Below, piece after piece: positions 37,506 to 46,426 of a DNA stretch of 64,000 nt. Under the pieces are notes generated by a model. The model worked only from the letters and a program-made list of their open reading frames with translations. It was not told where the DNA came from and ran no database searches. The position numbers were made by a program, and so were the translations under genes. This DNA comes from Alphaproteobacteria bacterium UBA6376 (GTDB lineage Bacteria; Pseudomonadota; Alphaproteobacteria; Rs-D84), in the NCBI GenBank assembly GCA_002437665.1, contig DJQW01000001.1:392727-456726 (forward strand), in the 5' to 3' direction. Each line of letters starts with the position of its first letter. Position 1 is the stretch's first letter.

Positions 37506-39278
37506 ATGTATTACAGTAACGGTAATTACGAGGCATTTGCCGACGCGCGCAAACCAGCTGGCGCAGACAAAAAATCAGCATACATTATTGGTGGCGGATT
37601 GGCCGGATTGGCGGCGGCGGTATTTATGATACGCGACGCAAAAATGTCCGGTAAAAAGATTCAGATTCTGGAAGAGTTGTCCATTTCCGGTGGCAGTATG
37701 GACGGTATCAAGAATCCAAAGTTGGGCTATATCATTCGCGGTGGCCGTGAAATGGAGGCGCACTTTGAAACCCTGTGGGATTTGTTTCGGTCTATTCCAT
37801 CACTCGAAGATGAAAATGTATCTGTATTGGACGAATTTTATTGGCTGAACAAAGAAGACCCCAGTTTTTCGCACACGCGTGTAATTGAAAATCGTGGCCA
37901 GCAAATTCCAACCGACGGCAAATTGACACTGACGCCACGCGCGATACGCGAATTGGTCGATTTGGCAATGACACCCGAAGATAAATTGCAAGACGCCCGT
38001 ATCGACCAAGTATTTACATCGGAATTTTTTGAATCTAATTTCTGGATTTATTGGGCGACGATGTTCGCGTTTGAACCGTGGTCCAGTGCGATGGAAATGC
38101 GCCGTTATATATTACGCTTTATTCACCACGTGGGCAGTTTGGCGGACATGTCTGCATTGAAATTTACAAAATACAACCAGTATGAATCGCTGATTACACC
38201 ACTGGTTCGGTGGCTGACCGCGCGCGGGGTAAAGTTCCACTATGATACGCGCGTGACCAATGTCGTCATTGATTCTGGTGCATCGAACAAGGTTGCAAAG
38301 TCCATAGAAATGGTGCACGCCGGTCGCAAAAAAACAATCAACCTGTCGCCGGACGATTTGGTGTTTATCACCAACGGTTCTATTACCGAAAGCAGTACAT
38401 ATGGCGACAACAACACGCCCGCACCACGTCCCAGTGGCATCGGGGCCAGTTGGGAATTGTGGAAAAATATCGCCGCACAAAATTCCGAGTTTGGCCGTCC
38501 GGACAAGTTCTGTGAAAACATCCCCGCGGCAAATTGGGTAATGTCGGCGACAATCACACTGACCGACGACCGCGTTGTCCCGTACATCAAAAAGATTTGC
38601 AAGAAAGACCCGCACAGTGGTTCTATTGTTACCAGCGGCCCCGTCACAATCCGCGATTCTAATTGGCTGTACGGTTTTTCCATTTCACGCCAGCCGCATT
38701 TCCGTGCGCAAAAACCGAACGAGATTGTCGTCTGGACATACGGCCTGTTTTCGAACAAAATCGGCAACTATGTGAAAAAGAAAATTGCCGATTGCACGGG
38801 CGCAGAACTGTGCGCCGAATGGTTGTATCACATCGGTGTGCCAATCGCAGAAATCGAAGATATCGCGCACAATGCGTCGCACACCGTGCCGTGCCACATG
38901 CCGTTTATTTCAACATACTTTATGCCACGCGCATTGGGCGACCGACCATTGGTCGTGCCAACAGGGGCGGTGAACTTTGCGTTCATCGGTAACTATGCCG
39001 AAACCGATCGCGATACAGTTTTCACAACCGAATATTCGGTTCGCACCGCGATGCAGGCGGTCTATACCTTGTTGAATGTTGACCGCGCCGTGCCAGAGGT
39101 CTTTCCATCGTGCTTTGACGTACGCGTCCTGATGCGCAGCGTGTATTTCCTGAACGATAAAAAGAAACTGGCAGATATCGAAATGCCATGGTTTATGAAA
39201 ATGCTGGGTGCGGCGGGCCTTAAACATGTGCGCGACACATACATCGCCGAATTGATGCACCAAGAAGGATTGATATAA
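37506..39278 (+). CDS. Oleate hydratase (MCRA/FAD-dependent fatty-acid hydratase family)
   Basis: 590 aa; N-terminal YIIGGGLAGLAAA FAD-binding fold; size and overall pattern of MCRA proteins. Confidence 0.75.
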   Translation: MYYSNGNYEAFADARKPAGADKKSAYIIGGGLAGLAAAVFMIRDAKMSGKKIQILEELSISGGSMDGIKNPKLGYIIRGGREMEAHFETLWDLFRSIPSLEDENVSVLDEFYWLNKEDPSFSHTRVIENRGQQIPTDGKLTLTPRAIRELVDLAMTPEDKLQDARIDQVFTSEFFESNFWIYWATMFAFEPWSSAMEMRRYILRFIHHVGSLADMSALKFTKYNQYESLITPLVRWLTARGVKFHYDTRVTNVVIDSGASNKVAKSIEMVHAGRKKTINLSPDDLVFITNGSITESSTYGDNNTPAPRPSGIGASWELWKNIAAQNSEFGRPDKFCENIPAANWVMSATITLTDDRVVPYIKKICKKDPHSGSIVTSGPVTIRDSNWLYGFSISRQPHFRAQKPNEIVVWTYGLFSNKIGNYVKKKIADCTGAELCAEWLYHIGVPIAEIEDIAHNASHTVPCHMPFISTYFMPRALGDRPLVVPTGAVNFAFIGNYAETDRDTVFTTEYSVRTAMQAVYTLLNVDRAVPEVFPSCFDVRVLMRSVYFLNDKKKLADIEMPWFMKMLGAAGLKHVRDTYIAELMHQEGLI

Positions 39279-39330
39279 CTAACCTGAAACAATCCAAAAC
39301 AAAACGCCCTGTGTGGGGCGTTTCGTTTTT

Positions 39331-39663
39331 TTATTCTGCGAAAATCTTTTCTGGCGTACCCAAACAACAGAACCCGACAATCAAATCAACAAACGCCCAT
39401 ATGCACGAAATAAACACACCAATAATGCTGATGGTCAACACAGTCATCAAAATCGCCGTGCCATATTTTCCGGCATAGTATCTGTGTGCACCAATAATGC
39501 CCAAGAACCAGCACAACAGCAAATAAACAACAATCGATTTTTTGCCCTTGTACAGGCCGTTGATTGTTTTGCCCAGTGTTTTATTTGGACAACCACAGTG
39601 CGGGCACGTGATGGCCTGACTGGACATCTTTTTGCCACATTCGGTACAGAAAATCATCGCCAT
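39331..39663 (-). CDS. Zinc-ribbon + TM2-domain membrane protein
   Basis: 110 aa; CTECG...CPHCG ribbon then two TM helices (TM2 pattern). Confidence 0.6.
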   Translation of the reverse strand: MAMIFCTECGKKMSSQAITCPHCGCPNKTLGKTINGLYKGKKSIVVYLLLCWFLGIIGAHRYYAGKYGTAILMTVLTISIIGVFISCIWAFVDLIVGFCCLGTPEKIFAE

Positions 39664-39855
39664 ATCAAAATCCTTTGTTTTGATATATGATTATATACCC
39701 ACCAACCATTTGCAAGGGTAAAAATGATTGTTGAAATAAAAAATGCCCCAAACGGGTCATTTGTTATTTTTGCTCGGCCGCAGCGCATACTGTACAATTC
39801 CATAAATTGCTGAACTCAGAGAATCACAGATGTTTGTGAAGAAATAGATTCAAAA

Positions 39856-40377
39856 TTAATATTTAATTTCGTCTAATATCAAGTAAAAATCTGGGACATG
39901 TTTTGGTGACATACCATTCAACAAACTAACAGATGCGACCGACCCGAATGGCGTATAAAAATTATCGTCAAATTCATAGTATTTACGAATGCATGCGTTG
40001 ATTTGTTTTTCTAAATCAGACATTGACATATGAATCATCATATCCCAAACTTTTTCTCGAATTTCATCATATTTGTAATCGCCAAACCTGTAATTGTCCC
40101 AGGAATAAGACAAGATTTGTTCTGCTTGTTTTTCGTTCAAATCTTGTATGCTTTTTGGAAAATTGTAACGCGGATGCGCCGCACGATACATATCTAATTT
40201 TTCTTGGTTTACTGCATAAGCATTTTTATGCACATTGACTACGGCTGTTTTTTCTACTGCCTGATTGATAAAATCATCCTTCCTATTGGCAATGGCACAT
40301 GCCGGAATCAACAAAAACAGAACAAACAAGAACTTCTTCATATGCTGATTATGGCAAAGCCCCTGTATAAAAATCAA
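39856..40377 (-). CDS. Secreted hypothetical protein in AT-rich islet
   Basis: 173 aa; signal peptide (MKKFLFVLFLLIPACAIA); K/D/Y-rich. Confidence 0.5.
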   Translation of the reverse strand: MIFIQGLCHNQHMKKFLFVLFLLIPACAIANRKDDFINQAVEKTAVVNVHKNAYAVNQEKLDMYRAAHPRYNFPKSIQDLNEKQAEQILSYSWDNYRFGDYKYDEIREKVWDMMIHMSMSDLEKQINACIRKYYEFDDNFYTPFGSVASVSLLNGMSPKHVPDFYLILDEIKY

Positions 40378-40426
40378 TATCTATTTGTACGAGAGGCATC
40401 GCGATAAATCGCTCTGCTACTCATAG

Positions 40427-40443
40427 TGGCAGCCCCACCGCCC
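40427..40443. repeat. Remnant copy of tRNA-Glu 3' end (tggcagccccaccgccc)
   Basis: Matches tggcagccccac of the tRNA-Glu 3' end at 40797-40808. Confidence 0.5.
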
Positions 40444-40610
40444 CTTGACAAACAATAATCAAACACCATGCAAAAACTCTAATATAAAATATCCGTTTTT
40501 GCGGGTTTGCTAATTGTTTGTCTGCGTATTCGCCATGCGTGCCGTTGGCACTCTGGCGCATCCTTCGTGGGGCTTTTTGCAAAATAAAAAATGGCCCAAA
40601 CGGGTCATTT

Positions 40611-40637
40611 ATTATTTTGGCAGCCCCACTCGGATTG
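40611..40637. repeat. Direct repeat of tRNA-Glu 3' end plus flank (ttattttggcagccccactcggatt)
   Basis: 26/26 identical to 40791-40816. Confidence 0.75.
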
Positions 40638-40796
40638 TTCGCTGTGTGGCGCACGCGCCACCGCTCACCATACGTAAGGCGCGAACGTCGCGCAAAGTAT
40701 TGCGCTTGTTCTTGCCAACTATCATGTCGAACCTGCGGTTCTCATCCGGTGACCGACACAAAATAAAAAGACCACCTTTCGGTGGTCGTTTTATTT

Positions 40797-40871
40797 TGGC
40801 AGCCCCACTCGGATTCGAACCGGGATTCTCGCCTTGAAAGGGCGGTGTCCTAACCATTAGACGATGGGGCC
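40797..40871 (-). tRNA. tRNA-Glu (anticodon UUC)
   Basis: GGCCCCATCGTCTAATGGTTAGGACACCGCCCTTTCAAGGCG...GGTTCGAATCC...TGGGGCTGCCA. One mismatch each in the anticodon and T stems. Terminator hairpin GACCACCTTTCGGTGGTC+TTTT follows the 3' end. Confidence 0.65.
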
Positions 40872-40918
40872 AAAACTTGAAACGCAATTTTCGGTTCTGA
40901 CACCCTCTTTGTCATTCC

Positions 40919-40943
40919 TGCGCAGGCAGGAACGATGGGGCCA
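40919..40943. repeat. Hairpin repeat, family 2 (gtcattcctgcgcaggcaggaa)
   Basis: Also at 42680-42704 and inverted at 42806-42830; stem CATTCCTGC/GCAGGAATG. Confidence 0.7.
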
Positions 40944-41064
40944 AAACTTTTTATTGCCGCCAGATTATAACTGGTGCGTACCATTTTGTCAAGCGGAAAT
41001 ACGTAATAAAAACGCCTTGAAATATTTGGAGGTCATGTTACCATCGCGTGCATAGAGACAAGGG

Positions 41065-41409
41065 GTGGCAAACATGAAATCACACAATATGACATTAAAG
41101 CAACCATACTTTGATTTGATAAAAAATGGTAAAAAAACAATAGAATTGAGGTTGTATGATACAAAAAGACAACAAATAGCCCCAGGCGATGAAATCATCT
41201 TTCAAAATGGAGATAATAGCAACACCGTTGTTGTCGTGGGACTGGTGCGTGCAAGATGTTTTGCATCCCTGTTTGATATTATTGACGTGAAAGAAACGGG
41301 GTTGGAAGAAAGAGAAAAAGCAATCAGTATCATGGAACAATTCTATGACCAGGATGCCCAAAATAAATTTGGTGTTGTTGGCATCGTGGTCAAGAACAAG
41401 AGATTCTGA
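41065..41409 (+). CDS. ASCH-domain protein
   Basis: 114 aa; PYFDLIKNGKKTIELR pattern of ASCH/PUA-like fold. Confidence 0.55.
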   Translation: MANMKSHNMTLKQPYFDLIKNGKKTIELRLYDTKRQQIAPGDEIIFQNGDNSNTVVVVGLVRARCFASLFDIIDVKETGLEEREKAISIMEQFYDQDAQNKFGVVGIVVKNKRF

Positions 41410-41410
41410 G

Positions 41411-41920
41411 ATGGTAACTTACAGAAATTCGTCACGTTTTTGCATAAGGGATATTGGCTTTTACAACCAATTACCGGTATTGACCAAGAGTATTGGTGAA
41501 TCTTACCCAGGGCATTTTAGGTGGTTGAGTAATGTGTTTTTGGGTGGTTCGTGCAACGGAAATAGGGGGTATTCCTTTGCTATAGATAATAATAAATTTA
41601 CTGATGTTAGCTATGGACGTATGGTTCAGATATATAAGTTGGCTGGCTGTGCACTGTTAAAAAATACCGATGAAGAAAAGAAAATTTGTTGTTTATTTGT
41701 TGACCCAGAATACAGACATCAGGGTATTGCATCACGTTTAATAGAAAATTCATTTGAAATGCTGGGGACGAATAAGCCGTTGATGACAGTGGCCGAGAAT
41801 AACTTGTCCCAGTTGCAAAAATTGGTAAACCGTTATGGTTTTGAACTGACGTCTGTGAGAGATTCTGTATATAGACGCGGCATCAAAGAATATTATTATA
41901 ACGAGGGGTTGGCAAAATAA
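41411..41920 (+). CDS. GNAT-family N-acetyltransferase
   Basis: CCLFVDPEYRHQGIASRL (acetyl-CoA binding motif); ATG at 41411 in ORF 41345-41920. Confidence 0.6.
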   Translation: MVTYRNSSRFCIRDIGFYNQLPVLTKSIGESYPGHFRWLSNVFLGGSCNGNRGYSFAIDNNKFTDVSYGRMVQIYKLAGCALLKNTDEEKKICCLFVDPEYRHQGIASRLIENSFEMLGTNKPLMTVAENNLSQLQKLVNRYGFELTSVRDSVYRRGIKEYYYNEGLAK

Positions 41921-41967
41921 AACGGGGTGCATAAATCGCATCCCGTTTTCTTTGTCGGTCGGTTTTT

Positions 41968-42429
41968 TTATTCCACAACCACCGGTGTGTCAACAACGAC
42001 GGCCTCGGTTTCTGTGACGGTAACCGTGTTGTCTGGCGTGGCGTTGGCGTCAACGCGTTTGAATGTCATTGTCTTGCCATTGCCAATCAGGGTCAATGTG
42101 TCGTTATTCAGGTTATATTTTTCCACCGTGTTCAAGAACTGGAAATATTCGCGTTCTGTCGCCATCGCGTTTGCCGGCCCCATCATCATGGTCGATGCAC
42201 CTTGGTCAAACTGAATATGGTTGCCCGCCGCGCGATAAGAACCATTATACAGGTTCACAACCTGACCATAGAAACGCATTTCGTTTTCGTCAAACGACAG
42301 TGTGATGTCTGTGCCGTCACCATTGGCGATAAAGGATTCGCCGCGCAATGCCGCCGGATTTTGTCCGCCGTCGCCACATGCCGCCAGTGCCAATGCCATT
42401 GCGCCAAATGCCAGTGCTTTGATTTTCAT
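41968..42429 (-). CDS. Lipoprotein (META/HslJ-like candidate)
   Basis: 153 aa; lipobox LALAACG. Confidence 0.45.
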   Translation of the reverse strand: MKIKALAFGAMALALAACGDGGQNPAALRGESFIANGDGTDITLSFDENEMRFYGQVVNLYNGSYRAAGNHIQFDQGASTMMMGPANAMATEREYFQFLNTVEKYNLNNDTLTLIGNGKTMTFKRVDANATPDNTVTVTETEAVVVDTPVVVE

Positions 42430-42534
42430 GATTTTTTCTCCCTTTGTTTTTTATGTCGATGTAACGATACCATTATTTTTCATAAATGCAAGGTTGTACA
42501 AGACGTTTATATTCCCACGGCGAATATCTATTTA

Positions 42535-42585
42535 CTGGATTGCCGCGCATCGCTTGCGCCCTTGCTCCTTTGTCATTCCGTGGCT
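42535..42585. repeat. Hairpin repeat, family 1 variant (actggattgccgcgc...tttgtcattcc)
   Basis: Shares ACTGGATTGCCGCGC and TTGTCATT modules with repeats at 52085-52166 and 53238-53481. Confidence 0.6.
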
Positions 42586-42679
42586 TGTCCGGGCCCCGCA
42601 AAATTGATAAATTTTGTGGGTGGCGTCCATCGGAATCCAGGTTATGGTGTCGCGCCGAATGGCGCATTCCTATTGTCAT

Positions 42680-42830
42680 TCCTGCGCAGGCAGGAATAGG
42701 GTCTTTGAAATTACCGATATTCGTTTGTGTACAATCTACGAAAAAATATAAAAACCGCAACGTTTTGTATTTGGCTCACTGCGTTCGCACTGCTTAGTCC
42801 CTATTCCTGCCTGCGCAGGAATGACAAGTT
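42680..42830. repeat. Inverted pair of family-2 hairpin repeats flanking about 100 bp
   Basis: ttgtcattcctgcgcaggcaggaataggg (42677-42707) and its reverse complement at 42800-42830. Confidence 0.7.
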
Positions 42831-42942
42831 TCTAGAACATAACCTGTGGAGGGGTGGCGCGAATGCGACGGGGTGGTCTTTCGGTTTGAGAAAAACAAGT
42901 TAAATAAAAAACACACCGTTTCCGATGTGTTTCTTATTTAAC

Positions 42943-43019
42943 TGGCGGGATTGAAGGGGCTCGAACCCTCGACCTTCTGCGTGACAGGCAGACGCTCTAA
43001 CCAGCTGAGCTACAACCCC
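42943..43019 (-). tRNA. tRNA-Asp (anticodon GUC)
   Basis: GGGGTTGTAGCTCAGCTGGTTAGAGCGTCTGCCTGTCACGCAGAAGGTCGAGGGTTCGAGCCCCTTCAATCCCGCCA; terminator hairpin after the 3' end. Confidence 0.85.
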
Positions 43020-43136
43020 AAAGCAAGGCATATATTATACTGTTCGGATTCTAAACGCAAGTGTTTTTTTTATAAAATGGAAATTTTGTTTTGATGTTGC
43101 GGTCGAAAACAAAAAAACGGGGCGATGCCCCGTTTA

Positions 43137-44138
43137 TTATTTAATCAGTTTTCCCATCGCAACGGCGGTGTCGCCCATGCGGTTCGAGAATCCCCATTCA
43201 TTATCATACCATGCGGTCACGTGTACCAATCTGTCGCCCAAGACCTTGGTCTGGCCGGCGTCAAAGATTGAACTGTGCGCATCGTGTGTGAAATCGATGG
43301 AAACCAGTGGCAATTCGTTATAACCGAATGTTTTCGATTCTGCCGCGCGCATCGCCGCATTGATTGCATCAACCGTCGCGTCGCGTTCCAGATTCACAAC
43401 CAGTTCAACAACCGATACGTCTGGGGTTGGTACGCGGATTGCCATACCGTCCAGTTTGCCCGCCAATTTCGGCAGAACCAGACCAATCGCCTTGGCCGCG
43501 CCGGTGCTGGTTGGAATCATGGACAGGTTTGCCGCGCGTGCACGACGAAAATCCTTGTGATTCTTGTCCAATAATTGCTGATCGCCGGTGTATGCGTGCA
43601 CGGTTGTCATCCATCCCGATACGATACCGAATGTATCGTCCAGAACCTGCGCCACGGGGGCCAGACAGTTTGTTGTGCATGATGCGTTTGACACGATTAA
43701 ATCGGTCGGTTTCAGTGTGTCTTGGTTGACGCCATATACGATTGTGGCATCTGCGCCCGCCGATGGGGCAGAAACCAAAACGCGCTTTGCGCCCGCGTCC
43801 AAATGAACACGTGCCTTGTCCGCGGCGGTAAAGATACCGGTGCATTCCATAACGATATCGATACCCAATTCACGCCAAGGCAATTTTGTTGGGTCTTTTT
43901 CTGCAATGCATTTAATTTTCTGATTACCAACGATGATATATTCGCCGTCCAATTTAACGTCCATTGGCAATTTACCGTGCACAGAATCATATTGCAACAG
44001 GTACGCATTCTGTTCCGCCGGTGCCAAATCATTTACGGCAACAAATTCAATATCATCACGCTTTGATTCCAACGCCGCGCGCAGTACCAAGCGGCCAATG
44101 CGTCCGAATCCATTGATAGCAACTCTGATTTTTGACAT
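43137..44138 (-). CDS. gap: Glyceraldehyde-3-phosphate dehydrogenase
   Basis: 333 aa; INGFGRIGR NAD-binding and ASCTTNCLAP active-site motifs. Confidence 0.9.
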   Translation of the reverse strand: MSKIRVAINGFGRIGRLVLRAALESKRDDIEFVAVNDLAPAEQNAYLLQYDSVHGKLPMDVKLDGEYIIVGNQKIKCIAEKDPTKLPWRELGIDIVMECTGIFTAADKARVHLDAGAKRVLVSAPSAGADATIVYGVNQDTLKPTDLIVSNASCTTNCLAPVAQVLDDTFGIVSGWMTTVHAYTGDQQLLDKNHKDFRRARAANLSMIPTSTGAAKAIGLVLPKLAGKLDGMAIRVPTPDVSVVELVVNLERDATVDAINAAMRAAESKTFGYNELPLVSIDFTHDAHSSIFDAGQTKVLGDRLVHVTAWYDNEWGFSNRMGDTAVAMGKLIK

Positions 44139-44225
44139 ATTACTTCCTTTCGTTTGTGTCGGTTAGACAGATTCATCATAGCGCGCGATTGACAAGATTA
44201 CAATGGAATTTTATACTTAGACAAA

Positions 44226-45098
44226 ATGAAACATTCGTCATATATCATTACCGGCCCAACCGCATCAGGCAAATCTGATTTTGCCGATCGGCTGGCGCGC
44301 GCGGTGAACGGCACAATCATAAATTGCGACAGTGTCCAGATTTACCGTGGTATCGAAAACATTTCGGCCAGTCCGTTTGCCGGCCGTGAAATCACCGATG
44401 AAATCGATGGCGTGCCGTATAAACTGTTTTCCATTTTGCCACTGACCGAACAAATCAGTGTGGCAGATTATATCGCGATGGCGCGGCGTGAATATGATGC
44501 GGCACTGCGCGCGGGTCGCACACCGATATTTGTTGGTGGTACGGGGTATTACATAAATGCAATTATAAACGGTATTTCGCCAATGCCCGATATTGACGAT
44601 GCGGTGCGTGCCCGTGCGCGTGAATTGGTGACAACCGATATCGACGTGGCGCGTCGCATGTTGCCGCCCGAATTTACCGCCACCGACCCCCAGCGTGTCG
44701 CCCGCGGTGTCGAGGTATTCTTGCAAACCGGCCGCCACATTACAGAGTTCCAAAATATGCCACGCACCGGTGCGGTTGCCCCCGCCGCGTTCAAGATACT
44801 AATCAATCCGCCATTGGATGTGTTGCGGGCCCGTATTGCGGCGCGCATACCAAAAATGCTGTCGGGTGGCGCAGCGGCCGAGGGGCGGGCGGTCATTGAT
44901 TCCGGCTGGGACGCACGTCGTGCGATTGGCGCGGCGCAAATGGTTGCGTACCTGCGTGGGGAAATTGATATGGACACATGTGTCCAGAATTGGATTACAA
45001 AAACAAACCAATATGCAAAACGGCAGCGAACTTGGTTTCGTACCCAGTTCGCCGCCGATATTGTTTTGGATTCTGCGGATGCGCCAATTACTTTCTAG
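44226..45098 (+). CDS. miaA: tRNA dimethylallyltransferase
   Basis: 290 aa; GPTASGKS P-loop, MiaA pattern. Confidence 0.85.
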   Translation: MKHSSYIITGPTASGKSDFADRLARAVNGTIINCDSVQIYRGIENISASPFAGREITDEIDGVPYKLFSILPLTEQISVADYIAMARREYDAALRAGRTPIFVGGTGYYINAIINGISPMPDIDDAVRARARELVTTDIDVARRMLPPEFTATDPQRVARGVEVFLQTGRHITEFQNMPRTGAVAPAAFKILINPPLDVLRARIAARIPKMLSGGAAAEGRAVIDSGWDARRAIGAAQMVAYLRGEIDMDTCVQNWITKTNQYAKRQRTWFRTQFAADIVLDSADAPITF

Positions 45099-45621
45099 GG
45101 CCGCGTGACGCACGCGCGCGATTTGCAATCATATTGTTACGTGCCGCGGTCATGCGACGTGCCGCCGCCTGTTTTTCCAACAACCGATTGATATAACCGA
45201 AATCTGTGCACAAGACCTGTTTCAATGCGGCCTTGGCCTCGTTACGAGTACGATAAATGGTGTTGCGCTTTGTGTACGCCGACAGGTAATCCGCCATCAA
45301 GTTAGTCAATGATTTCAAGAATTGTGGGTTGGTGGAATTTGGATCGCGGCTGTCCAGCATACGAATAAAGATTCTGGATTGCAAAATCAGAAAATCTTCG
45401 GCATCGCGTGAATATTCCGCGGTCGCACGCCATGTGTTGCGGGTGTTCTCTTGGGTGGCATATGATGCGCCATATTTGTCCAAAAACAGTTCAGAAATAC
45501 TTCTGGTATATGTTGCAAACACGCGTTGTGATGCTGTCTGTGCATTGCTGAATTTTTTCATATCTTGCCCTTTTTGTGTTCTTGATGAATTTGTTATAGG
45601 ACAAAATATTATGTTTGTCAA
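45088..45621 (-). CDS. Hypothetical protein
   Basis: 177 aa ORF; no motif recognised. Confidence 0.35.
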   Translation of the reverse strand: MTNIIFCPITNSSRTQKGQDMKKFSNAQTASQRVFATYTRSISELFLDKYGASYATQENTRNTWRATAEYSRDAEDFLILQSRIFIRMLDSRDPNSTNPQFLKSLTNLMADYLSAYTKRNTIYRTRNEAKAALKQVLCTDFGYINRLLEKQAAARRMTAARNNMIANRARASRGPRK

Positions 45622-45625
45622 TATT

Positions 45626-46363
45626 TTATTGCGCTGATTCTGAACTTTCTGTGGGGTTCATTTTGGCGTACTCGCGGCGGATTACGTCCATTATGCCCGA
45701 TGCGCGCATATGGCTGGAAAATGCGGTACAGTTGTTAAATTCTGTTTCCAGTGTGCCCCAGCCGGCGTATTCCCAATCAATCAGTCCCGCCACACGCATC
45801 GTGCGCGTGTCAACAATGATATTATTGCAGATGTCGTTGTGATTCCACCCGTCGCCCGCGCCACGTTGCAGGTCGCGAATTTCCGCCGGTCGCGCGTGAT
45901 GTACGGCGGTAATAAATTCCGCCAGTTGCCGTCCCCACAGTTCGCGATTGCGCGCAATGGTGCGTGTTGGCAACTTGTTCATATTGTGCCCGCGAATAAA
46001 GTTGTATTTATAGAACACATATTGGCCCGCATGTACGATTTCGATTTTTGGAATTGCCAATGGCGATATGTGTTCAAACGCATCCGTAATCCGCTTTTCC
46101 CGCATGATGCGTTCGGCGGGCACACTGGTGTCCAAGAATTTACGTGTTTTGAATACGTATTTGTTGTCGACGATAAAACCGATGTTCCATCCGCCCTTTA
46201 TCATTTTTACATGGGTAAAGCGCAGTTCGGGTTGTGCGGCACGCAGTGCACGATATTTGTCGCGCCAATCGAACAGGCGTTTATGGCGAATGCGGTGACG
46301 CACATTGCGATCAGGTATAAAACAGACCAAAATATCACAGATTTCAAAGAACAATTTCCACAT
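45626..46363 (-). CDS. Kinase of the APH/LPS-kinase (Kdo/WaaP/choline-kinase) fold
   Basis: 245 aa; GWNHNDICNNIIVD (HxD catalytic loop) and IDWEYAGWG (DxD-like) motifs. Confidence 0.55.
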   Translation of the reverse strand: MWKLFFEICDILVCFIPDRNVRHRIRHKRLFDWRDKYRALRAAQPELRFTHVKMIKGGWNIGFIVDNKYVFKTRKFLDTSVPAERIMREKRITDAFEHISPLAIPKIEIVHAGQYVFYKYNFIRGHNMNKLPTRTIARNRELWGRQLAEFITAVHHARPAEIRDLQRGAGDGWNHNDICNNIIVDTRTMRVAGLIDWEYAGWGTLETEFNNCTAFSSHMRASGIMDVIRREYAKMNPTESSESAQ

Positions 46364-46426
46364 GTGCGCACCCTTGTTAAATTTGTGAATAATGGTATTG
46401 AAAAAAACGAAAAAAACAAGTACTTT

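Noticed and set aside
40421-40887. ORFs 40421-40654 and 40612-40887 (both contain NPSGAAKI)
   Set aside because: They are read-through translations of the tRNA-Glu 3'-end remnants, not genes.
45710-46426. N-terminal 240-aa extension of priA in the ORF track
   Set aside because: The extension overlaps the divergent kinase gene and is low complexity. Recognisable PriA sequence begins at ATG 46427.
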